Origin: Elusimicrobiota bacterium
Lineage (GTDB): Bacteria > Elusimicrobiota > UBA8919
Length of the DNA: 64,000 nucleotides
Direction of reading: 5' to 3'
Assembly: GCA_003452965.1 (NCBI GenBank)
Contig: DMMW01000084.1
Location: forward strand, 20-64,019
Positions 40,519 through 48,871 of this stretch are shown one piece after another (position 1 is the stretch's first letter; each line of letters begins with the position of its first letter). Below the pieces are notes generated by a model. The model did no database searches. It saw nothing but the letters and a program-made list of their open reading frames with translations, and was not told the DNA's origin. A program made the position numbers and the translations under genes.

Positions 40519-41076
40519 ATGGTTGGCCAGATTTTATTACAGACAGAAGATAAGATGAAAAAGACAATGGAGCATTTGAGGTTGGAATTGATGATGCTCA
40601 AAACCGGACGTGCCACTCCGACAATATTGGACATTGTAAAAGTAAGATATTATGATTCTGATTTGCCGGTTAATCAGGTGGCGAGTATTTCCATCCCTGA
40701 GCCACGGCTTATAGTTATAACGCCATGGGAAAAAGGGGTATTGCCTGAAATAGAAAAAGCAATACTTAAAGCAGACATCGGCATAACACCGCAAAACGAT
40801 GGTAAGGTAATAAGGCTTCCCATACCTGCCCTAACGGAGGAACGAAGAAAGGATATAATAAAAACAGCTAAAAAAATAACGGAAGACCATAAAGTTGAAA
40901 TGAGAAATGAGAGAAGGGATTCCCAAGAATTGATAAAGAAAAGTTTTAATGATAAAAAAATGACGGAAGATGAAAAATATAAGTTACAAGAAGAATTACA
41001 GAAAATGACAGAAAGTTATATAAAAAAGTTGGATGAAATGTTGTTAATCAAAGAAAAAGAGATAATGACAGTATAA
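40519..41076 (+). CDS. frr: ribosome recycling factor
   Basis: Characteristic RRF length and composition; conserved position after pyrH. Confidence 0.9.
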   Translation: MVGQILLQTEDKMKKTMEHLRLELMMLKTGRATPTILDIVKVRYYDSDLPVNQVASISIPEPRLIVITPWEKGVLPEIEKAILKADIGITPQNDGKVIRLPIPALTEERRKDIIKTAKKITEDHKVEMRNERRDSQELIKKSFNDKKMTEDEKYKLQEELQKMTESYIKKLDEMLLIKEKEIMTV

Positions 41077-41078
41077 TA

Positions 41079-41165
41079 GAGGCAAGTATAAATATAAAGT
41101 TAAAATTAAAATAAAAATAGAATAGAGGCAAGTATAAATATAAAGTTAAAATTAAAATTAAAACC
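41079..41165. repeat. AT-rich direct repeat of about 37 bp x2 plus inverted AT-rich arm
   Basis: ATAGAGGCAAGTATAAATATAAAGTTAAAATTAAAAT at 41079 and 41127; downstream TTAATTTTAACTTT is complementary. Confidence 0.6.
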
Positions 41166-41222
41166 AAGAAACAAAGACTTAATTTTAACTTTAAACCTTT
41201 AACTTTTAACTTGATTTTTTAA

Positions 41223-41903
41223 ATGGTTATTCCAAAGCATATAGCAATAATAATGGATGGTAACGGCCGTTGGGCGGTTAAAAGAGGTTTTTCCAGATTA
41301 ATAGGTCACAGAGAGGGGATTAAATCAGTTGAAGAAATTATCAAAGCTTCAAACGAACTTGGTATTTCAGTTCTGACTTTATATGCATTTTCAACCGAAA
41401 ATTGGGCGAGACCATTAACAGAAGTAAAGGGGTTGTTCAGGTTATTAAAGATATTTTTGAGAAAAAAAATAAAAGAATTAAATAAGAAAAACGTAAAATT
41501 AAAAGTAATAGGTGATATTTCCAAATTGCCTGAGGATGTTATTAAAGAAATTAAATCATCAATAAAAGAGACATCAAATAATACAGGCTTAATATTGAAT
41601 ATTGCTTTAAACTATGGCGGACGTCAGGAAATTATTAATGCAATTAATGGAATTTTGAAATTAAATATTAAGAGCGTTGACGAAAATACATTTGAAAAAT
41701 ATATTTATACTTCAGGACTTCCCAGCCCGGACTTGATTATCAGGACATCGGGAGAGTGTAGGATTTCAAATTTTTTGCTATGGCAGTCGGCTTATTCGGA
41801 ATTTTACACAACTAATGTATTATGGCCTGATTTTAGAAAGAAGGACTTAATGGATGCTATTTCGGAATATAACAGGAGAAACAGGCGGTATGGCGGTATT
41901 TAA
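41223..41903 (+). CDS. uppS: undecaprenyl diphosphate synthase (cis-prenyltransferase)
   Basis: HIAIIMDGNGRWA, FSTENW, RTSGE.R.S.F motifs. Confidence 0.92.
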   Translation: MVIPKHIAIIMDGNGRWAVKRGFSRLIGHREGIKSVEEIIKASNELGISVLTLYAFSTENWARPLTEVKGLFRLLKIFLRKKIKELNKKNVKLKVIGDISKLPEDVIKEIKSSIKETSNNTGLILNIALNYGGRQEIINAINGILKLNIKSVDENTFEKYIYTSGLPSPDLIIRTSGECRISNFLLWQSAYSEFYTTNVLWPDFRKKDLMDAISEYNRRNRRYGGI

Positions 41904-41906
41904 TAT

Positions 41907-42722
41907 ATGTTAAATAGAATTCTTTTATCGGTTATTTTAATTCCAGTTGTTTGTGTTGCAGTTTATTTAGGATTCATTCCTTTTCTTGTTTTTATTTGTG
42001 CTATTTGTTTTTTATCTGCGTACGAATTCTGGACATTGGTTGAAAAAATAGGTTTCTATCCGAGAAAAACATTCGGCAATATTGTTATACTACTTATTGT
42101 AATTTCCATATTTTTTAACGGTTCAAAAATGGCTTCTTTGATTTCTAATGAAGCTACATCTTTAGTATTTACTCTATCGGTTTTATTACTATTTATTTAT
42201 GAAGTTATAAGGTTTGATATACGAACTGCATTACCGTCCTTAGCTATAACTTTTCTCGGTGTGATTTATATAGGTTGGCTGCCGGGTCATTTTATTCTCA
42301 TACGGGATATTATGCCGGATGGTTTTAAATATACAATTGTCTTGCTTGCAACCGTATGGATTGCTGATTCTGTCGCTTATTTTATTGGCACTGCATATGG
42401 TGTTCATCCCCTTTCACGCGTTAGTCCGAAAAAAACTATTGAAGGTTCAATTGCTTCAGTAGTAGCATCCATTTTAACTATTTTAATTGCAAAAATATTT
42501 TTTTTAAAAGGATTAAATCACTCAGATATTTTTTTTATTGGAGTCCTGGTAAGCATTTCTGCGCAATTTGGTGATTTAGCGGAATCCTTGATAAAACGTT
42601 CAGCTGGGGTTAAGGATTCTTCTAAACTGATTAAAAATCATGGCGGCATGTTGGATAAACTTGACAGTTTTATTTTTGCTGCTCCTGTTTACTATTATTA
42701 CCTGAAGTTTTTTGTTCTCTAA
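41907..42722 (+). CDS. cdsA: phosphatidate cytidylyltransferase
   Basis: Multi-TM protein; CTP-transferase signature SxxKRxxxxKDxxxxxPGHGGxxDRxD near the C-terminus. Confidence 0.88.
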   Translation: MLNRILLSVILIPVVCVAVYLGFIPFLVFICAICFLSAYEFWTLVEKIGFYPRKTFGNIVILLIVISIFFNGSKMASLISNEATSLVFTLSVLLLFIYEVIRFDIRTALPSLAITFLGVIYIGWLPGHFILIRDIMPDGFKYTIVLLATVWIADSVAYFIGTAYGVHPLSRVSPKKTIEGSIASVVASILTILIAKIFFLKGLNHSDIFFIGVLVSISAQFGDLAESLIKRSAGVKDSSKLIKNHGGMLDKLDSFIFAAPVYYYYLKFFVL

Positions 42723-42819
42723 CGTGCTTATAAAATTACGGATTAAGTTCATTACCCCGATGTTACGAGATATATTGCAATGAATGAAGGTTTAGGTAGA
42801 AATCATTAGTAAAGTATTT

Positions 42820-43896
42820 ATGAAAATTTCTGTTCTTGGTTCCACAGGTTCAATCGGTAAATCCGCGCTTAATGTAATATCCAATTTTAAAAACTGTACC
42901 GTAATAGGTCTTTCAGCGAATAAGAACAAATCTCTACTCAATAAGCAAGTCAAAAAGTTCAAGCCAAAATATATAGCAGTAGGCATCAATGAATTAAAAA
43001 ATATTTCTCTAATTAAAGAAGCCGATATAGTTCTAATAGCGGTAGTTGGTTCTTCCGGTTTAATACCTCTAATAAATTCTATAAGGTTAAAAAAAAGAAT
43101 TGCACTTGCCAATAAGGAAGCCCTTGTTATTGCAGGCGAATTAATAAGCAGATTATTAAAAAAGTATAAAGCTAAAATTGTTCCTGTTGACAGTGAACAT
43201 TCTGCGATATTTCAGTGTATAAATGATAATGATAAAAGTCAAATATCAAAAATAATTTTAACGGCTTCAGGCGGTCCATTCAGAAATCATTCATATAAAA
43301 ATCTTTCCAAAGTGTGTATTAAAGATGTATTAAGACATCCTACGTGGAGAATGGGTAAAAAGATTACTGTTGATTCTGCTACATTGATGAATAAAGGATT
43401 TGAAGTAATTGAAGCCCATTATCTTTTCGGGATACCATATGATAAGATAGAAGTTGTGGTCCACCCGCAATCAATAGTCCATAGCGGTGTTGAATTTATT
43501 GATGGTTCAATAATTGCACAATTAGGAATTACAGATATGAGATTGCCGATACAATATGCATTGACATATCCAAAAAGGGAATATTCCAGCATTAAAAAAT
43601 TAAATTTAGCGGAAATAGGTAAACTTGAATTTCATAAATTATCAACAAAAAATTTTCCCTGCTTTGAGTTGGCTTTATCGGCAGCAAAAATATCGGGCAG
43701 CATGTTAACCGTTTTGAATGCGGCAAATGAAGTAGCTGTTAAAAAGTTTTTAGATAATAAAATAAGTTTTATAAAAATACCGAAATTGATTGAAAAAGCA
43801 ATGAACAGGCACAAAGTAATAAAAAATCCTGATTTGGAAGATATTTTGAAGGTTGATTTTGAAACAAGAGAATACGTTGAAGAAATTGCTCGTTAG
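42820..43896 (+). CDS. dxr: 1-deoxy-D-xylulose 5-phosphate reductoisomerase
   Basis: ISVLGSTGSIG NADPH motif, ANKE and PVDSEH catalytic motifs. Confidence 0.92.
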   Translation: MKISVLGSTGSIGKSALNVISNFKNCTVIGLSANKNKSLLNKQVKKFKPKYIAVGINELKNISLIKEADIVLIAVVGSSGLIPLINSIRLKKRIALANKEALVIAGELISRLLKKYKAKIVPVDSEHSAIFQCINDNDKSQISKIILTASGGPFRNHSYKNLSKVCIKDVLRHPTWRMGKKITVDSATLMNKGFEVIEAHYLFGIPYDKIEVVVHPQSIVHSGVEFIDGSIIAQLGITDMRLPIQYALTYPKREYSSIKKLNLAEIGKLEFHKLSTKNFPCFELALSAAKISGSMLTVLNAANEVAVKKFLDNKISFIKIPKLIEKAMNRHKVIKNPDLEDILKVDFETREYVEEIAR

Positions 43897-43944
43897 CAGG
43901 TAGATATTTAATATTGCATATAAAAAAGTAAAGTTTTAGTAATA

Positions 43945-44030
43945 TAAAATAACACGGATGTCATCCTGAGCAAAGCGAAGGATCTCGATTTTAACAACGA
44001 GATGCTTCTCCCGATAAATCGGGATCAGCA
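43945..44030 (+). other. structured intergenic element (three nested hairpins), related copy at 62872-62960
   Basis: Outer stem ATGTCATCCTGA/TCAGCATGACAT enclosing hairpins CTCG..CGAG and CCCGAT-AAA-TCGGG; the 62880 region has the same GATGTCAT.CCTG.CAAA start and TCCC..GGGA hairpin. Confidence 0.35.
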
Positions 44031-44078
44031 TGACATAAATGTCATTTTAAATTTTTAATTGACTTTCAAGGAGATGAT

Positions 44079-45155
44079 ATGATGATATTATTAGGTATTG
44101 CAGCTGTCGCTGTAATGTTTGGTTTTGTAATAATGATTCATGAGTTAGGGCATTTTATTGTTGCGAAAAAACAAAAAGTGAAAGTTTTAAATTTTTCCTT
44201 TGGTTTCGGTCCTGAATTATTCGGGTGGACTAAAAATGAAACAAGATATTCGGTAAGGCCTATACCTTTTGGCGGTTTTGTTAAGATGGCAGGCGAGGAT
44301 ATTGAAGAATATAAAGGAGATTCAGGCGATTTTTTTTCCAAAAAATGGTATCAGAGAATAGCAATAGTTGTGGCAGGTCCTATAATGAACTATTTATCGG
44401 CTTTTTTTATATTTCTATTCATTATAGTTGTTTGGGGGATACAATATCAAAGGCCTGTAGTAAAATTGGTGGAAAAAAATTCACCGGCTTTTGATGCTGG
44501 CTTAAAATCTGGTGATGAAATCGTTGCAATTAATAATGATAAAATTCAGGATGCCCAAACAGTTTCAAGAATCGTAAAAACTTCTAGTGGAAAAGAACTG
44601 ACATTTTCGCTGAAAAGAAGCGAGAATATTATAGATTTAAAAATAACGCCTAAATACGACGAAAAATTGAAATCTTCAAGGATTGGAATAGTTTATGATA
44701 TGTCATCTGAACCTGTGGTTGTAAAAGTCGGTTTAAATAAGGCAATAAAGGAATCTTTTAATAACATAGTTTTTTGGACGGTATTACCGCTAAAGTATCT
44801 CTATATGAAACTTGTACTTTTTGAAGCACCCTCTGAAGTCTCCGGTCCCATTGGTATTATGCAAGCCGCGTATTTTGCGGCAAAACTTGGCATTAAAACT
44901 TTTCTTAGTTTTATTGCGATTGTTTCCGTTGCATTAGGGATGTTCAATTTATTTCCGATACCGATAGTTGATGGCGGACATATAGTGTTTTATTTGATTG
45001 AGGGAATAACAGGAAAACCGATAAATAAAAAGGCGATGCAATTAGCTAATTCTATTGGTTTTGCGCTTTTATTAACACTTGCACTTTATGCAACATATCA
45101 GGATATATTAAGGACAAAAGACGGCTTCTGGAAAAAAATAGAACAAACAAAATAG
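44079..45155 (+). CDS. rseP: RIP site-2 zinc metalloprotease RseP
   Basis: HELGHF HExxH motif in TM1, PDZ domain, C-terminal LDG motif (IVDGGHIV). Confidence 0.9.
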   Translation: MMILLGIAAVAVMFGFVIMIHELGHFIVAKKQKVKVLNFSFGFGPELFGWTKNETRYSVRPIPFGGFVKMAGEDIEEYKGDSGDFFSKKWYQRIAIVVAGPIMNYLSAFFIFLFIIVVWGIQYQRPVVKLVEKNSPAFDAGLKSGDEIVAINNDKIQDAQTVSRIVKTSSGKELTFSLKRSENIIDLKITPKYDEKLKSSRIGIVYDMSSEPVVVKVGLNKAIKESFNNIVFWTVLPLKYLYMKLVLFEAPSEVSGPIGIMQAAYFAAKLGIKTFLSFIAIVSVALGMFNLFPIPIVDGGHIVFYLIEGITGKPINKKAMQLANSIGFALLLTLALYATYQDILRTKDGFWKKIEQTK

Positions 45156-45164
45156 AGAAACGAT

Positions 45165-45225
45165 TATTTACCCGCCAATGGTTCCTTGTCCGCCAATGCT
45201 TTAGTGGTGGAAGTGGTGGGCACAG
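45165..45225 (-). repeat. GC-rich hairpin element, inverted copy of the 8127-8200 family
   Basis: Reverse complement reads CCACCACTAAAGCATTGGCGGACAAG, cf. CCACCACTGAAACGTTGGCGGGCAAG at 8138. Confidence 0.55.
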
Positions 45226-45230
45226 ATTAT

Positions 45231-45344
45231 GGAACCCCGTAGAACGGGGTTGTAGCCTTGTTCGGTGCGGTAGGTCCCTTGTCTCGCCGAAGCTCATAAG
45301 AGCGTAGGCGGACGAACTTCGTGTACAAGATTACACAGATTAAG
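45231..45344 (+). repeat. 114-bp dispersed repeat, copy 1
   Basis: About 97% identical to 62627-62740; begins GGAACCCCGTAGAACGGGG and ends ATTACACAGATTAAG. Confidence 0.85.
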
Positions 45345-45473
45345 ACATGATGAAGACAAAGTGAAAAAAGAATCTGATTATTGCAACAAAAGTTACATTT
45401 GAAATTTTGTCTGATAACTCCAGCTTCGTAGGAAGTCTTGCAAAAAATAATTGAAGGTTTAGACAAATAGAAA

Positions 45474-46565
45474 ATGAATATAATAGGTAAAATAACAGGT
45501 ATAAAATATAAAGTAATTCTATCTGAGAACTTAAAGAAAGTTGACATCAAAAATTTTGACATCAACGAAGCACCTTCGTCTTGTGTTATTACAGATAATA
45601 AACATTCTTTTGCTATTTCAAAGTGGGTTTCACCCAAGCGGACACGTTCATATCCATTTGAACGAGTTTTTAACACGCTCAACATTTCAAGGAAAATTAC
45701 TGTTATACCAATCGTAAAAGATGAAGGAGCAAAAGGAGACAGGGATTTCATACAGTGGGACACAGTTTCTTTAATGTCGTTGTTAGACGTGTTTGTAATT
45801 TTTGCTTATTACATAAAAGCGGAAAAAGTAAACCGAAAAATAACCAACCAACAATTTGACAACAAATATGTTCTCTCTAAAATTAAAGAAATTAAACAAT
45901 ATCACAGTTCGGCATTACATTGGAATTTAAACGAAATCAACACTAACTTGCATAACATCATTAACAAAGTAAAATCTTTCTACGCAAAAATTGAAAAATC
46001 AACAAACGTAAAACTTCACGGTTCGAAGGGTACTGGAAATTTTCAAAATAAAATTGGAAAAGATGTTTCATTATTTATGGCATTTTCTAGAGGGAAAGCA
46101 GAAAGAGCTCAATCAATAGAATTTGTAACCCGTCAACCTAAGGAAAGTTTATCGACACTCTCAAAAGCAAAAATTACCATTACAAACTATTTGGGTGGAC
46201 AGTATTTTTTTACTGTAGATGAGATACTTATTACGAAAGAAAAAGTAAGTTTAATAGAAAGTAAACACAGTAAAAATGTAACACTTCCGAGTAAAAGCGA
46301 CATCAAAGATGGTTTGCTGAAAATGATTTTGTATTGCAACTTAACGGATGTAACAGTAAACGGAATAAAAATTAAATGTGAAGCTGTTTTATGTTTGACA
46401 TCTTCAAAACTTAAAGGAGGAATTTCATCCTTCAGTACTAAAAGTGAACTTTCAACGTTTTTTGCGAAAAATAATCTTTCAGAATCACAAATTTTTCTAA
46501 TTGAAACGGTAATAGCAGAAGCGAAACAAAATAAGTTTATAATTAAGGTAAAATATTCAAAATGA
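45474..46565 (+). CDS. putative type II restriction endonuclease (unrecognised family)
   Basis: 363-aa ORF translationally coupled (ATGA overlap) to a Dam-family MTase; candidate PD-(D/E)xK-like residues in TVDEILITKEKVSLIESKHS. Confidence 0.45.
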   Translation: MNIIGKITGIKYKVILSENLKKVDIKNFDINEAPSSCVITDNKHSFAISKWVSPKRTRSYPFERVFNTLNISRKITVIPIVKDEGAKGDRDFIQWDTVSLMSLLDVFVIFAYYIKAEKVNRKITNQQFDNKYVLSKIKEIKQYHSSALHWNLNEINTNLHNIINKVKSFYAKIEKSTNVKLHGSKGTGNFQNKIGKDVSLFMAFSRGKAERAQSIEFVTRQPKESLSTLSKAKITITNYLGGQYFFTVDEILITKEKVSLIESKHSKNVTLPSKSDIKDGLLKMILYCNLTDVTVNGIKIKCEAVLCLTSSKLKGGISSFSTKSELSTFFAKNNLSESQIFLIETVIAEAKQNKFIIKVKYSK

Positions 46566-47491
46566 TAAAAAGCCCACTAAGATATCCTGGAGGCAAAAGT
46601 AGAGCTGTTAAATTGATATCAACTCTTTTGCCAGAATTTGACGAATTTAGAGAACCATTTTTAGGTGGTGGTTCTCTTTTTATTTATGTTAAACAACGAT
46701 TTCCTAATAAGAAATATTGGATTAACGACCTCTATTTAGAACTTTTTAAATTTTGGGAAATGGCACAAAAAGATGTCGATACTTTGATTGACAATATTTA
46801 TGAATGGCGAAATAAATATCCAGTTGGAAAAGAGTTACATAAATTTTTAAATAATAATTTAGAGGGGTTTAACGATTTGGAGAGGGCTGCAGCATTTTTT
46901 ATCTACAATCGTATAACATTTTCAGGAACAAGTTTAAGTGGTGGTTTTAGTGAAGGTGCTTTTACGGGACGTTTTACAAAAAGCAGTATTCAACGACTTA
47001 ACCAATTTGCTAAAGTAATTAATGGCTCAACTATCACTAATCTTGACTACGAAGAATTAGTAAAACAAGAAGGCGAAAATGTATTTATCTTTCTTGATCC
47101 ACCGTATTTTTCTGCGACAAAATCCGCACTATATGGAAAGAATGGGAATATGCATAAGTCGTTTGACCATAAAAAATTTGCAGAAATAATGCGAAATTGC
47201 AAACATAAATGGCTCATAACTTATGATGACAGTGAATATATAAGAGAGCTTTTCTCATTTGCTAACATCATTCCTTGGGATTTAACTTATGGAATGCGGA
47301 ACGTAACCAAGGGTTCAAACCAGAAAGGAAAAGAACTTTTTATATCAAACTATTTAAAACAACTTCCCAGAAAACAACAGATGACTTTATTTGAGCCGAA
47401 AGTGAAATATGTAGCTAAAAAAGAATCATATCACATTTCGTCACCAAGTAAAAAGAGGAATATACATAAAAGTAAAAGAAACGGGTTTTAA
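46562..47491 (+). CDS. N6-adenine DNA methyltransferase, D12 class (Dam family)
   Basis: PLRYPGGKSR N-terminus, FxGxG motif (EPFLGGGSLF), catalytic DPPY (IFLDPPYF). Confidence 0.85.
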   Translation: MIKSPLRYPGGKSRAVKLISTLLPEFDEFREPFLGGGSLFIYVKQRFPNKKYWINDLYLELFKFWEMAQKDVDTLIDNIYEWRNKYPVGKELHKFLNNNLEGFNDLERAAAFFIYNRITFSGTSLSGGFSEGAFTGRFTKSSIQRLNQFAKVINGSTITNLDYEELVKQEGENVFIFLDPPYFSATKSALYGKNGNMHKSFDHKKFAEIMRNCKHKWLITYDDSEYIRELFSFANIIPWDLTYGMRNVTKGSNQKGKELFISNYLKQLPRKQQMTLFEPKVKYVAKKESYHISSPSKKRNIHKSKRNGF

Positions 47492-47706
47492 TTTTTGAAA
47501 CATAACACACAACTGTTATCTTTGTAAGTTTGATTTTTCCACTTTTCATCAGAAGTTTTTATGGAGGATTGGAAACAATAAGTTGCTATTATCTTCTCAA
47601 GTCGGAATCTTATTAAGTAAAGAGATAAAGAGGTAGTTGATAGATTGGTTATCAATGCACAATCGCACAATCCCACTATCACGCTATATCACGAATTTTT
47701 AGTATT

Positions 47707-48858
47707 ATGAAGACAAAGAAAGTTAGAATAGGAAATATATATATAGGTGGTGGTGAGCCTGTCCGTGTTCAGTCAATGACAAAGACAAAAACGGCAGACT
47801 GGAAATCCACTGTTAATCAAATAAGAAAACTGCAGGTCTTGGGTTGTGAGATTATCCGTGTTGCAGTTCCCGATATGAATTCTGCAAAAGTTCTTTCAAA
47901 AATAAAAAAAAACATAAAAATTCCTTTGGTTGCAGATATTCATTTTGATTGGCGGTTAGCGGTTGAAGCGATAAATCAAGGTGTTGATAAAATAAGGATT
48001 AATCCAGGCAATATCGGTTCCCGGGAAAATGTAGAGAAAATCATAATTGCTGCAAAAAAAAAGAAAGTAGCCATCCGTGTAGGTGTAAATGCAGGTTCTT
48101 TAAAAATTCTTAAAAAGTCTGACAGTTGGACGAAGATGTCTACTAAAGAACGTGCTTATCAGATGGTAAAGGAATTACTGGAAAATATTAAAATTATTGA
48201 AGAAATGAATTTTTCCGATATAGTAGTATCATTAAAAGCAAACGATGTTCCGACAACAATTCTGGCAAACGAATTGTACTCAAAAAGAAGAAAATATCCG
48301 ATTCATTTGGGTATTACAGAAGCAGGCACGGAGTTTTCCGGCATCATAAAGTCAGCGGCAGCATTCGGAGTCCTGCTTAATCAAGGGATAGGTGATACTA
48401 TAAGAGTCTCTTTGACCGCTTTGCCGGACGAAGAAATAAAAACCGGGTGGGAAATTTTGAAAACACTTGGTTTAAGAAAAAGAGGGATAGAAATTATTTC
48501 CTGTCCAACTTGTGGCAGATGTCAAACAGATTTAATTAAAATCGTCCATCAGTTAGAAAAACAAATTACAAATTATCCGCCCCGAATCCGCCAGCTGGCG
48601 GATGGGGCGAGACCTCGCCAAAGGTTCAGTGGTGGGCAAATTACAAATTCGCCACTGAAAGTTGCCGTCATGGGTTGTGTCGTAAACGGCCCAGGAGAGG
48701 CAAGAGATGCTGATATAGGAATTGCCGGCGGAAAAGGATTCGGTTTGCTTTTTAAAAAAGGTAAAGTAATAAAGAAAATACCTCAAAATAAATGGGTCGT
48801 TGAAATAATAAAAGAGATTAAAAACAGTCAGTATAAATCAGTTTTAGAATCTGTTTAA
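47707..48858 (+). CDS. ispG: 4-hydroxy-3-methylbut-2-enyl diphosphate synthase (IspG/GcpE)
   Basis: TIM-barrel N-domain; 4Fe-4S Cys motifs CPTCGRC and GCVVNGPGE; carries a repeat-derived insert of about 25 aa between them. Confidence 0.9.
   Translation: MKTKKVRIGNIYIGGGEPVRVQSMTKTKTADWKSTVNQIRKLQVLGCEIIRVAVPDMNSAKVLSKIKKNIKIPLVADIHFDWRLAVEAINQGVDKIRINPGNIGSRENVEKIIIAAKKKKVAIRVGVNAGSLKILKKSDSWTKMSTKERAYQMVKELLENIKIIEEMNFSDIVVSLKANDVPTTILANELYSKRRKYPIHLGITEAGTEFSGIIKSAAAFGVLLNQGIGDTIRVSLTALPDEEIKTGWEILKTLGLRKRGIEIISCPTCGRCQTDLIKIVHQLEKQITNYPPRIRQLADGARPRQRFSGGQITNSPLKVAVMGCVVNGPGEARDADIGIAGGKGFGLLFKKGKVIKKIPQNKWVVEIIKEIKNSQYKSVLESV
48576..48665 (+). repeat. GC-rich palindromic repeat inserted in frame inside ispG
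   Basis: Contains CCGCCAGCTGGCGG and the TTCAGTGGTGGG...CGCCACTGAAA hairpin shared with intergenic repeats; encodes YPPRIRQLADGARPRQRFSGGQITN. Confidence 0.7.
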
Positions 48859-48871
48859 ATCGGAGTTTATA

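Noticed and set aside
45156-47706. Transposase or integrase associated with the R-M island or the repeats
   Set aside because: No ORF with DDE or tyrosine/serine recombinase motifs lies in or next to the island. The only recombinase in the window is the housekeeping-positioned xerC, so the repeats appear non-autonomous.
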